Source: Candidatus Omnitrophota bacterium
GTDB lineage: Bacteria; Omnitrophota; Gorgyraeia; Gygaellales; Profunditerraquicolaceae
NCBI GenBank assembly: GCA_041662125.1
Contig: JBAZTA010000002.1
Coordinates: 204,154-268,153 of the forward strand
Length of the DNA stretch: 64,000 bases
Direction of reading: 5' to 3'
Every line of letters begins with the position of its first letter. The first letter of the stretch is position 1. This document shows positions 55,728-64,000 of the stretch, one piece after another. The position numbers were made by a program, and so were the translations under genes. Under the pieces are notes generated by a model. The model had not been told where the DNA came from, did no database searches, and was given only the letters and a program-made list of their open reading frames with translations.

Positions 55728-57244
55728 AGAAAACGGCTTTGGCGCGAGAATGGGTTTTATGCCTTATTCCCGCATTTTTGTTGGCTGCTTCATTTCCTCT
55801 TTTTAACTTCGAGTTTTTAGCTTGGGTTTCGTTTGTCCCGCTGTTTTTTAACCTCAAAAATAAATCAAAACCAAAAGTATTCTTTTTGTCTTTTTTGACA
55901 GGTGTTCTTTTCTGGCTGGGAACGGTCTATTGGCTTATTCATGTTACTTTCGCGGGAATGCTGCTTTTGGTTTTGTATCTTGGTTTATATTTTGGCATTT
56001 TTGGCTTAGCGGCTGTATCGGTTTTAAACCATCCGCGGGTTGGGCTTCGGGTTATAGTTATTCCGGCTGTTTGGGTTTTATTAGAATATGCCCGCGCGCA
56101 TCTTTTAAGCGGTTTCCCCTGGGCGCTCTTAAGCCATTCGCAGTATTTGAACCTTCCTGTTATTCAGATCGCTGATATAACGGGCGCATGGGGGGTATCG
56201 TTTTTGGTGATGATGGTAAATGTTGCGATTTACATGGTTGTGGTAGAAAGCCGCATACTCGGCCGTGGCGGCGTTTTAAGAAAATACGGAATTGTTTTAT
56301 TATGTTTGGCAATTACCTTTGGTTATGGGTATTATAAATTATCCTTAACACCTGCTCCCCAGCGCCAAACACCATATACGGTTTCCGTTATTCAGGGTAA
56401 CATCCCTCAAGAACTCAAATGGGATATCCGCTCTCGCAGGGCTATTATTAATAAATATAAAGAGCTTACTGCTCAGGCAGTAAGCCGGAAACCGGATTTG
56501 ATCATTTGGCCTGAAGCTTCTTTGCCGGTTGTTTTGGAAGAAGAGCCTGATTATTTTGCGCAGGTTTACGGGTTTATAAAAGAAATTAAAACACCGTTAT
56601 TGTTGGGCGCGGTAACGCTGGAAAATGGGTCGTATTATAACAGCGCATTGCTTATGTCAGCCGACGGAGAAATTCAGCAAAAATATAATAAACTTCATTT
56701 AGTGCCGTTCGGGGAATATATCCCGTTTCGTCAAACATTCCCTTTTTTGGCAACGATTGTGCCAATAGGAGATATCAGCCCGGGCAGGAAATACTCCGTA
56801 TTTTCTTCGCCTCAACACCCCGCCAATCGTTTCTCTGTCCTCATCTGTTTCGAAGATTTATTCCCTGAATTATCCCGGGTATTTGTGCAAAAGGGGGCAG
56901 GATTCTTAGTTGTTATGACCAATGACGCCTGGTTTGGTAAAACTTCCGCGGCGTATCAACATTGTGCCGCATCGGTGTTTCGTGCAGTGGAAAACCGCAG
57001 GCCCGTGGTACGCAGCGCTAATACCGGGATCTCCGGTTTTGTTGATCCCAAAGGCAGAATTACTGCTTTGGTTGCGGATAATAATGCAGAAAACATATTT
57101 ATTGATGGTTATCTTACGCGAGAAGTTGATGCCGGCAGCAAGCATATAAGTTTTTATACCCGCGCGGGAGATGTTTTTATTGTTGTTTGTGTTTTCTGTG
57201 TCCTTTGTGGTATAATATTTTCCTTTAGAAAGAAATCATCGTAA
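55712..57244 (+). CDS. lnt: apolipoprotein N-acyltransferase
   Basis: N-terminal 6-8 TM helices; CN-hydrolase domain with E...K...C triad (VLICFEDLFPE). Confidence 0.9.
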   Translation: MLRTVKKTALAREWVLCLIPAFLLAASFPLFNFEFLAWVSFVPLFFNLKNKSKPKVFFLSFLTGVLFWLGTVYWLIHVTFAGMLLLVLYLGLYFGIFGLAAVSVLNHPRVGLRVIVIPAVWVLLEYARAHLLSGFPWALLSHSQYLNLPVIQIADITGAWGVSFLVMMVNVAIYMVVVESRILGRGGVLRKYGIVLLCLAITFGYGYYKLSLTPAPQRQTPYTVSVIQGNIPQELKWDIRSRRAIINKYKELTAQAVSRKPDLIIWPEASLPVVLEEEPDYFAQVYGFIKEIKTPLLLGAVTLENGSYYNSALLMSADGEIQQKYNKLHLVPFGEYIPFRQTFPFLATIVPIGDISPGRKYSVFSSPQHPANRFSVLICFEDLFPELSRVFVQKGAGFLVVMTNDAWFGKTSAAYQHCAASVFRAVENRRPVVRSANTGISGFVDPKGRITALVADNNAENIFIDGYLTREVDAGSKHISFYTRAGDVFIVVCVFCVLCGIIFSFRKKSS

Positions 57245-57253
57245 GGGAATCCT

Positions 57254-57784
57254 TTGCTGAAAAACTTAAGGGTTGATGCAATGGTGCAAAAAATTGTTAA
57301 ATTCCTTCTTTTAATCCTTTTAGTCGGATTACCGACATACCTTGTCGCAAGCATTTATTCTTTAGATAAGAACTATTTTCTTTGCCCTATACCGTATTCC
57401 TGGGATATGGTTATACGTTGCGATTCCCGGGGAGAAGGTTTTTTCGCGGCAAAGCGCAATGGCAGGCGTATGCATAATGGGATCGACCTTGCCGCTGATA
57501 TTGGAACTCCTGTTTTAGCGTGCCGCGCGGGCAGGGTACATACCGCGGTACAGCCTCGCGGTATGGGCAACTATGTGGTGATCAGCCATTCAGACGGCTT
57601 GAGTTCGTTGTATGGGCATTTGTCCAGGATTGATGTCGCCGATAATGTTTTTGTGCGGCAGGGGCAGGTGATCGGGCGTGTTGGCAAAACAGGTAATGCC
57701 GACCATCCGGACATGCAATCCCATTTGCATTTTGAAGTTAAAAAGGATGAAGTTTATCATGATCCTTTGGAATACCTCGAATAA
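57254..57784 (+). CDS. M23-family (LytM) peptidase
   Basis: HNGIDLAA (HxxxD) and SHLHFE (HxH) zinc-ligand motifs; TM anchor. Confidence 0.8.
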   Translation: MLKNLRVDAMVQKIVKFLLLILLVGLPTYLVASIYSLDKNYFLCPIPYSWDMVIRCDSRGEGFFAAKRNGRRMHNGIDLAADIGTPVLACRAGRVHTAVQPRGMGNYVVISHSDGLSSLYGHLSRIDVADNVFVRQGQVIGRVGKTGNADHPDMQSHLHFEVKKDEVYHDPLEYLE

Positions 57785-57814
57785 AACTCACAAAACCAAC
57801 TCCTGAGCGAACGT

Positions 57815-58957
57815 ATGTTTAATATCATTATTTTAGGTATAACGAGTCTCCTGACCGATATTTCCAGCGAGATGGTTTATCCTCTTTTGCCGCTCTATTT
57901 GATTACAACACTGGGAGCAAGCCCTGTAGTCTTGGGGTTAATTGAAGGTATTGCCGAGAGCCTTGCCAGCCTCTTGAAGGTCTTTTCCGGTTACTTCTCC
58001 GATAAAATAAGAATACGTAAACCTTTTACTATTTTAGGCTATACTGGTTCGGCAATAGGAAAATTCTTCTTGTTTATCTCCACCAGTTGGGGGTATGTGC
58101 TTGTGGGGCGTGTTATCGACCGGTTAGGTAAAGGGATCCGTACTGCTCCGCGGGACGCGCTTATTGCGGACAGCGCTCACGACGGCAAAAAAGGGGCGGC
58201 ATTCGGCCTGCACCGCGCCATGGATACCCTGGGAGCAACTACCGGCGTTATTTTGGCATATTTTCTGATCGTTAATTATAAAGGTGATTTTAAGAACGTG
58301 TTCTTGTTCTCTCTTATTCCCGCGTTTCTTGGAGTAGTAGTTCTTTTTTTTGTCAGGGAAAAAAAGAAACCTCTCGTCTCCAATAGCGTAAAAGTGCAAT
58401 TTAAATGGGGAGCGCTTGACAAGAAATTAAAACTCTTTCTTGTTTTTACCTTTATTTTTACCCTGGGAAATTCTTCCAATCAATTCCTCTTGTTGAGGGC
58501 CAAAGATTTGGGCAGCCCCTTACCTCAAGTCATCCTTTTTTATCTTGCGTATAATGTGATTTATTTCCTGGTCGCTTATCCGGCGGCCCGGCTTTCCGAT
58601 AAGATCGGTAGAAGAAATTTGCTGGTGCTGGGGTATTTGTTTTACGGTTTGGTTTATATTGGTTTTGCGTTTAATCATTCCGTGCCTGCTCTCTGGTGGT
58701 TATTCGGGACGTATGGGTTATATATGGGATTTACCGAAGGCGTAGAAAAGGCGCTCGTTGCCGATATCGCGCCGGCTGAACTTCGTGCTACGGCTATCGG
58801 GTTGCATGCGACCCTGGTTGGTATCGGATTATTGCCGGCGTCATTATTGGCTGGGCTATTATGGAAATCATTTGGGCCTGCGGTACCGTTTTATTTCGGC
58901 GGGATCATGGGGATCATTTCCAGCATCGGCCTTTGGGTGATTTTGAAGGGAATGTGA
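57815..58957 (+). CDS. MFS-type transporter
   Basis: 12 TM helices; GRxxDRxG-like loop GRVIDRLGKG. Confidence 0.7.
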   Translation: MFNIIILGITSLLTDISSEMVYPLLPLYLITTLGASPVVLGLIEGIAESLASLLKVFSGYFSDKIRIRKPFTILGYTGSAIGKFFLFISTSWGYVLVGRVIDRLGKGIRTAPRDALIADSAHDGKKGAAFGLHRAMDTLGATTGVILAYFLIVNYKGDFKNVFLFSLIPAFLGVVVLFFVREKKKPLVSNSVKVQFKWGALDKKLKLFLVFTFIFTLGNSSNQFLLLRAKDLGSPLPQVILFYLAYNVIYFLVAYPAARLSDKIGRRNLLVLGYLFYGLVYIGFAFNHSVPALWWLFGTYGLYMGFTEGVEKALVADIAPAELRATAIGLHATLVGIGLLPASLLAGLLWKSFGPAVPFYFGGIMGIISSIGLWVILKGM

Positions 58958-58967
58958 AAGGTAAAAA

Positions 58968-59453
58968 ATGCTCGAATTAAAAGTTGTTAAAGTCAAAAAA
59001 CCCGATGATATGAACGCGATAATAGGGCAGGGCCATTTTATCAAGACGGTTGAAGATATCTATGAAGTTATGGTGAATAGCGTCCCGGGTATACAGTTTG
59101 GCTTGGCGTTTGTTGAAGCTTCTGGAGCATGTAAAGTAAGAGCTGCAGGGACTGATCAGGAATTAACCGCTTTAGCAGCCAAGAATGCTCTTGAGATCGG
59201 GGCTGGGCATAGTTTTATTATTCTCTTGAAGAATGCCTATCCGCTTAACGTATTGAATGCGCTTAAGGCTGTTCCAGAAGTCTGTACTATATTTTGTGCT
59301 TCTGCTAATCCATTGGAAATCATTGTTGCTGAGACTGAAACGGGAAGAGGTATCCTGGGAGTAATTGATGGTTTAAAGCCAAAAGGTATTGAATCTCAAG
59401 AGGATATTGAGTGGCGCCATGCATTGTTGCGTAAAATAGGGTATAAATTATAA
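58968..59453 (+). CDS. adenosine-specific kinase family protein (DUF355-like)
   Basis: LKVVKVxKPxDMNxIxGQxHFIKTVEDxxExxVxxVPGIxFGLAFxEASG pattern as recalled for PF04008 family. Confidence 0.55.
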   Translation: MLELKVVKVKKPDDMNAIIGQGHFIKTVEDIYEVMVNSVPGIQFGLAFVEASGACKVRAAGTDQELTALAAKNALEIGAGHSFIILLKNAYPLNVLNALKAVPEVCTIFCASANPLEIIVAETETGRGILGVIDGLKPKGIESQEDIEWRHALLRKIGYKL

Positions 59454-59508
59454 GCGCCAGCTTGTTTGATGAATTCTGACTGTTTTACTATAATTTTCGC
59501 AAAAGAAC

Positions 59509-60429
59509 ATGGATTTTAAAAAAACAAAGAAAAAATTCAGTTATTTTATCGGTTGGTTACTCTTGACCATCTTTTCTGCGATCATCAGGAAGACACCATG
59601 GCAATATCTCTATGTTCTTTCCAGGCATATGGGGTTGCTGGGCTATAGCATGGCCGGCAGGCAGAGAAAAATCGCTTTAGACAGCCTGACAACCGCTTTT
59701 GGAAACCAAAAGCCGCCTGAAGAGATCCGCAAGATCGCTCAAGATTGTTTTATTTACATGATCAAGTCAGGCGTTGAGGTTATCTATATGACTGAGCGGC
59801 CTGATTTCTTAAAGCAGCGTATGCAGTTGGTAGGTAAAGAGATCATCGAGCAGGCATTGGCGCGCGGCAAAGGTGTGATCTTGGTTAGCGCTCATTTTGG
59901 GAATTTTCCGGTTATGTTGGCTCGTTTGAGTGTTGAAGGGTATAAAGTTGCCGCGATCATGCGGCCTATGAAAGATGCTAAGGTTGAAAAGCTTTTCCTG
60001 CGTAACCGCGAGAAACTTAATATAAATACGATTTATAGCCAGCCTCGGAAAACCTGTGTTGAGAATTCTATCCGTGCTTTACGCGAAAACAGCCTGCTTT
60101 TTATTCCTTTAGACCAGAATTTTGGCACAGCGGGAGTATTTGTTGATTTTTTTGGCAGGAAGGCTGCTACGGCAACCGGCCCGGTCGTTTTTGCGCAGCG
60201 TACGGGAGCGGCTTTAATTCCTTGTTTTATTATCCGTCAGAAAGATGATACCCATACTATTGTTTTTGAGCCGGCGTTACGGTTGGAAGAAGGAAAAACT
60301 GAACAGGAAACAATTGAGATCAATGTCCAGAAAATAACGAGTATTATTGAAACGTATATTCGTCAATATCCTGCGGAATGGAGTTGGATCCATCGCCGTT
60401 GGAAGAGTAAGATGCAGGAACCGGTGTAG
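59509..60429 (+). CDS. LpxL/HtrB-family lipid A (lysophospholipid) acyltransferase
   Basis: N-terminal TM; HFGNF (HX4D-like acyltransferase motif region), 306 aa typical of Kdo2-lipid IVA acyltransferases. Confidence 0.7.
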   Translation: MDFKKTKKKFSYFIGWLLLTIFSAIIRKTPWQYLYVLSRHMGLLGYSMAGRQRKIALDSLTTAFGNQKPPEEIRKIAQDCFIYMIKSGVEVIYMTERPDFLKQRMQLVGKEIIEQALARGKGVILVSAHFGNFPVMLARLSVEGYKVAAIMRPMKDAKVEKLFLRNREKLNINTIYSQPRKTCVENSIRALRENSLLFIPLDQNFGTAGVFVDFFGRKAATATGPVVFAQRTGAALIPCFIIRQKDDTHTIVFEPALRLEEGKTEQETIEINVQKITSIIETYIRQYPAEWSWIHRRWKSKMQEPV

Positions 60430-60810
60430 CAGGACTCCGATTAGCGTGGGGGGACGCTGGTAAAAAGTAGTGAAAATAACACCCGCACCTCGTAAGCGCA
60501 CGAGAAATTTCTTCGAAATTTCTTTCGTGCACTCGGTGGGGTTTCGCTGGATAAAAAAGCTGTAGGTGCCTGACTCCAACAGCTAAGCGCTTCGGAAATT
60601 CTTCCGCTTCGCTGCATAATTTCCTCGCAGCTGATTGGAGTTTGCGGCAAAAAGCCGCACACCCGCGCAATACAAATCTGCGCGGGGTGTCGATAGTGTT
60701 TTATTATCTGGTTCGTTACTCCGACTCATAAGCCGCATTAAAATTTTGCTTCGCTTCTAAAATTTTAATGCATTCGTCGGAGTTTCGCTGGATAAAACTT
60801 TAAGGTGCTC
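60430..60810. repeat. repeat-rich non-coding region (two degenerate ~240-bp tandem units; long hairpin; family-B element)
   Basis: GG(G/A)GTTTCGCTGGATAAAA at 60538-60560 and 60779-60798; GACTCC..TAAGC(G/C) x3; hairpin gcacgagaaatttc/gaaatttct(tt)cgtgc 60503-60533; family-B 60644-60687. Confidence 0.5.
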
Positions 60811-60823
60811 AAGGAGGTATCGC

Positions 60824-61042
60824 ATGGCAGAGGAGAATAAGAAAGAGGAACAGAAAGTAGAATCTAAGAACTCAACAGGAACATTTGTTAAAATTATTTT
60901 AGGTTTTGCTTTCTTGGGATTGGCAGCATATCTTTTGGTGGGACGGAATTGGTGGGAACATACCTGGTTAGTAGTCAAAGGCTGCGCAGTACCGTTTTTG
61001 GTCCTCGCAGGAATCATTACTTTGGCAATAGCAAAGGAATAA
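60824..61042 (+). CDS. small two-TM membrane protein (72 aa)
   Basis: Strong SD aaggagg 7 nt upstream; charged N-terminus then two hydrophobic helices. Confidence 0.45.
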   Translation: MAEENKKEEQKVESKNSTGTFVKIILGFAFLGLAAYLLVGRNWWEHTWLVVKGCAVPFLVLAGIITLAIAKE

Positions 61043-61212
61043 CACAATCGTTTCTTAACACCAGAGGCTGGGGCGGATAGGGTATCCTAACGATATTCTA
61101 TCCGTCCCGTTTCTTTTTCTTTCTGCGATAACAAGCCTTTACTAATACGGTTTTTTTATATATAATACTAAAGAATATAATAGGCGTAACGTTAATGATT
61201 TAAGGAGGGATA

Positions 61213-61779
61213 ATGGAAGCGTTATTAAAAAAAGAGATTATCGTTAATAAAACAATATGCCGGGTAATCGGCGTGGCGAGCTTTATTGTTTTGACAAGCC
61301 TGGGTGCGTATGTGCGTATTCCTTTGCCGTTTACGCCGGTGCCGCTGACTTTGCAAACTTTATTTGTCTTGTTATCCGGGGCGTTTCTTGGCAGTAGCCT
61401 TGGCGCGCTGACGCAGTTAAGTTATCTTTTCCTGGGGGCATCAGGCGTATCGCTTTTTAGCGGCGTGGCCTGCGGGCCGTATTATCTCTTGGGGCCTACC
61501 GGCGGTTATTTGCTGGGTTTTGTGGCAGCTGTTCTTTTTCTGGGAAAAGCGCTTAAATATGTTTCAAATAATTTTTTTCTTACCTTTGCCGTGTTCTGTG
61601 CTGCAGACGTTATGATCCTGTCCTGCGGCGTTTTATGGCTTAAGGTTTTAACCGGATATTCTTTTTCACAACTTATCCTCATTGGTTTTGTTCCTTTTAT
61701 TGCCGGTGACATGGTAAAAGCATCCGTAGCAGCAGCCCTCTATAAGAAGTTCAAGGCCCGCATTGAGCATATTTTTTAA
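61213..61779 (+). CDS. bioY: biotin transporter BioY
   Basis: 188 aa, 5-6 TM, RIPLPFTPVPLTLQTLFVLLSGAFLG signature region of BioY family. Confidence 0.85.
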   Translation: MEALLKKEIIVNKTICRVIGVASFIVLTSLGAYVRIPLPFTPVPLTLQTLFVLLSGAFLGSSLGALTQLSYLFLGASGVSLFSGVACGPYYLLGPTGGYLLGFVAAVLFLGKALKYVSNNFFLTFAVFCAADVMILSCGVLWLKVLTGYSFSQLILIGFVPFIAGDMVKASVAAALYKKFKARIEHIF

Positions 61780-61817
61780 TCTTATTTTTCGCAGGGTGCA
61801 CAAAGGAGTAGCCTCAT

Positions 61818-62267
61818 ATGAAAATCAAAGAGGTCATGATCAGGGATGTGGTGAGTATTAAGCCGGAAGAAAATGCGTGCGCTGCCTGGGAGATATTGAC
61901 GAATATGCAGATTAGCGGCTTACCGGTTATTGATGCCAAAGGCAAATTAGTCGGTATGTTCACGGAAAAAGAGATTTTAGCGCATATGCTTCCCAGTTAT
62001 ATCCAAGAAGTAGGGAAATTCATCTACAAAGAAAACCCGAAATCAACGAAAAAGAAATTCTCTGAATTTAAATCGATGGCCGTGAGCCAGTTGATGCGCC
62101 GCGAAGTTGTTACCACGACCGAAGATATGACTCTTTGTGAGGTTGCCAGGGTCATGCTTACCCAAAAAGTCCGCCGAATGCCTGTGTTAGATAAATCCGG
62201 CACTGTTGTGGGAATGATCGCCCGCTGTGATGTTTTAAAGGCTTTGGCAGGGGAGTCTGACGTATAA
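61818..62267 (+). CDS. CBS-domain pair protein
   Basis: Two CBS motifs (ISGLPVIDAKGKLVGMFTEKEIL; VRRMPVLDKSGTVVGMIARCDVL). Confidence 0.8.
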   Translation: MKIKEVMIRDVVSIKPEENACAAWEILTNMQISGLPVIDAKGKLVGMFTEKEILAHMLPSYIQEVGKFIYKENPKSTKKKFSEFKSMAVSQLMRREVVTTTEDMTLCEVARVMLTQKVRRMPVLDKSGTVVGMIARCDVLKALAGESDV

Positions 62268-62285
62268 TCAATACTTGATGGGAAT

Positions 62286-63671
62286 ATGCTAAAAAAATTT
62301 GTGATTCTTATTGGCCTTTCTTTGGGGCTGGGATTTCTTTCCAAATGGATCGGTTTGAGCGCTCATCAAGCTTTGGCAATAACCATTTTTTCCGCATCTA
62401 TTTTAGGCACGCTTTTCTTTTGGGATTTTCGTTTAGGTTTTGCTTTCCTGGGGATTTCGATACTTTTATTTACGGGGACTATTGATCTGGAACATATGAT
62501 TCAATTCGCCTCATTAGACGTCATTCTTTTTTTGGTCGGGATGATGGTTATCGTCGCTCTTTTAAAGGAATCAGGTTTTTTTGCCTGGATCGTTCAGCTT
62601 ATTCTGACGATGCGTCGATTGAATGGCCCTAAATTTGTCGTTATTATTTCGGTTGTGTCGGCGTTACTTTCGACCATGACTTCTGAGGTTGTCTCGATCA
62701 TTTTTATGGTAGCGGCTATCCTGGAAATTTGCGATTATTTTGAAGTGAGCGCGGTCCCGTTCATTATAATTTCAGTGTTTGCGACCAATATAGGCAGCGC
62801 CGCCACGGTATTGGGAAATCCTATCGGGATATTGATCGCTTCTAAAGCCGGCCTTTCTTTTGAAGATTTTATTGTCAAAGCCTTTCCTTTAGCAATGCTC
62901 TGCCTTGCCGCGGGAATTCTGGTGGTGATGATCTGGTATAGAAAAGCAATTGCTGAATTAACCGTTAAGATGAAAGAGGTTGGTGCTAATGAAATCCTGA
63001 TTAAGCTTATTGCAGTGCCGCCGGGGAAAAATTTAAAGATCAGCCTGGCTGTTTTTGCGGTGACGTTGTGTTTTATCTCGCTGCACCATCGTTTTGAGCT
63101 CCTCTGGCAGCTTAAACCGAATACTATATTATTAACAGCTCCGCTTTTTTCATCAGGGGTGATCATGATTTGGAAATGGCAGAAAGCCCGCGAATATATA
63201 GAGAAAGATGTGGAGTGGTGGACGCTGTTGTTTTTTATGCTGCTTTTTGCACAGGCAGGGACACTGAAATATACAGGCGCAACTGATATTTTGGCAAAGC
63301 ACTTAGCGGTTACCGCAGGCCATAGTTTGTCTTCGCTTATCGGTATTGTATTGTGGGTTTCAACTATAGGTTCCAGTATTTTGGATAATGTAGTGTTAGT
63401 CGCCGCTTTTATTCCTGTTATTCAAAGCTTCCAGGGGTTGAATATGAATTTAGAGCCTTTGTGGTGGGCATTATTGTTCGGCGGTTGTTTAGGCGGAAAT
63501 ATTACGTTAGTGGGCTCAACCGCCAATATCGTGGCTTTGGGTATTATTGAGAAAGAAAAAAGGATTAAAGTGACGTTCCTGCAATGGTTTGGGGTCGGTT
63601 TAACGGTAGGAGTAGTAACCACAAGTATCGTTTGGCTTTTGTTATCAGTGTTGCCTTTTTACCGGTCGTAA
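62286..63671 (+). CDS. ArsB/NhaD-superfamily anion permease (CitMHS/DASS-like)
   Basis: 461 aa, ~12 TM, internal duplication with GNxxNI/GSxANI-type re-entrant loop motifs (GSAATVLGNPIGILI; GSTANIVALGII). Confidence 0.6.
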   Translation: MLKKFVILIGLSLGLGFLSKWIGLSAHQALAITIFSASILGTLFFWDFRLGFAFLGISILLFTGTIDLEHMIQFASLDVILFLVGMMVIVALLKESGFFAWIVQLILTMRRLNGPKFVVIISVVSALLSTMTSEVVSIIFMVAAILEICDYFEVSAVPFIIISVFATNIGSAATVLGNPIGILIASKAGLSFEDFIVKAFPLAMLCLAAGILVVMIWYRKAIAELTVKMKEVGANEILIKLIAVPPGKNLKISLAVFAVTLCFISLHHRFELLWQLKPNTILLTAPLFSSGVIMIWKWQKAREYIEKDVEWWTLLFFMLLFAQAGTLKYTGATDILAKHLAVTAGHSLSSLIGIVLWVSTIGSSILDNVVLVAAFIPVIQSFQGLNMNLEPLWWALLFGGCLGGNITLVGSTANIVALGIIEKEKRIKVTFLQWFGVGLTVGVVTTSIVWLLLSVLPFYRS

Positions 63672-63737
63672 TGACATTCCCTTGGCTTGACAAAAGGTTT
63701 ATTCTGTGATAGATTGCTTGAAATCAAGGAGGTAGGC

Positions 63738-64000
63738 ATGTTTCGAAAAACATTTTTTATTGTGGTATTCTCCCTATTGTTGTGTGTGGCCAATAGCGTG
63801 TACGGCGCAGAAGACCCTGCTTTGTTAGCGCCCGGGGCAGTCCCTGCTGTTGTTCCCGAAGCAGCTTTTGATATAGAAATGCAATGGCTCTGGGGAGAAG
63901 CGAGTTCTGTTGATACCCAAAATAAGGTTTTAATTGTTAAATACCTTGATTATGAGACTGATCAGGAAAAAGAAATGCAAATAATCATTGATGACAAGAC
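63738..64000 (+). CDS. hypothetical secreted protein (partial, runs off window)
   Basis: SD aaggagg; signal peptide FIVVFSLLLCVANSVYGA; no stop before window end. Confidence 0.4.
   Translation, partial: MFRKTFFIVVFSLLLCVANSVYGAEDPALLAPGAVPAVVPEAAFDIEMQWLWGEASSVDTQNKVLIVKYLDYETDQEKEMQIIIDDK

Noticed and set aside
53093-55857. Multiple 60-110-aa antisense or out-of-frame ORFs inside secA
   Set aside because: secA reading frame is continuous and strongly conserved over the span. Internal ORFs are frame artefacts.

Overview
This 64 kb window is a bacterial chromosomal segment of roughly 45-48% GC, densely coding and mostly on the + strand. Most genes are housekeeping. Gram-negative envelope markers are present (BamD-like, LptE-like, Lnt, LpxL-family, SecA, MurJ, PilT), so it is likely a didermic and possibly uncultivated lineage. 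Recognisable core genes include tex, leuS, rlmN, secA, lnt, murJ, uvrC, rpsT, nfo, bioY, comEA/comEC and prfB. The prfB gene carries its canonical +1 programmed frameshift (CTT TGA C), which is visible directly in the sequence.

The window holds three accessory regions.

(1) An AT-rich islet of about 3 kb at 19067-22143 lies between a 40-nt tRNA-Ala 5' fragment and the intact tRNA-Ala(GGC). It ends with a tyrosine-integrase C-terminal remnant. It carries a compact operon of uncharacterised proteins: one with a HEPN-like Rx4H motif, a small TM peptide, a Cys-rich protein and two TM coiled-coil proteins. This looks like a candidate defence or abortive-infection module. Two further AT-rich hypothetical genes, each flanked by palindromic repeats, follow the tRNA.

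(2) A roughly 11 kb MarR-headed cluster at 28605-39899 contains four radical SAM enzymes (two class-B B12-binding, one Cys-rich N-terminal, one SPASM/twitch), two unknown GNAT-like proteins, an M28/PA peptidase, a GH3-family adenylating enzyme and a TPR protein. I read this as a candidate novel RiPP, natural-product or lipid-tailoring system.

(3) A methionine/5'-deoxyadenosine salvage (DHAP-shunt-like) operon (PNP-family phosphorylase, MtnA, class II aldolase fused to SCP2) sits upstream of an aldehyde dehydrogenase. A MITE-like inverted-repeat element and a GC-rich structured segment lie between the operon and the dehydrogenase.

At least two dispersed intergenic repeat families are visible. 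One is a perfect 13-bp palindrome, AAGACC(S)GGTCTT, in clusters. The other is a GC hairpin followed by TGTGCSGCTTTCTGCSGC. A tRNA-Leu(CAA) on the minus strand and a repeat-rich 370-bp non-coding stretch upstream of bioY are also noted.
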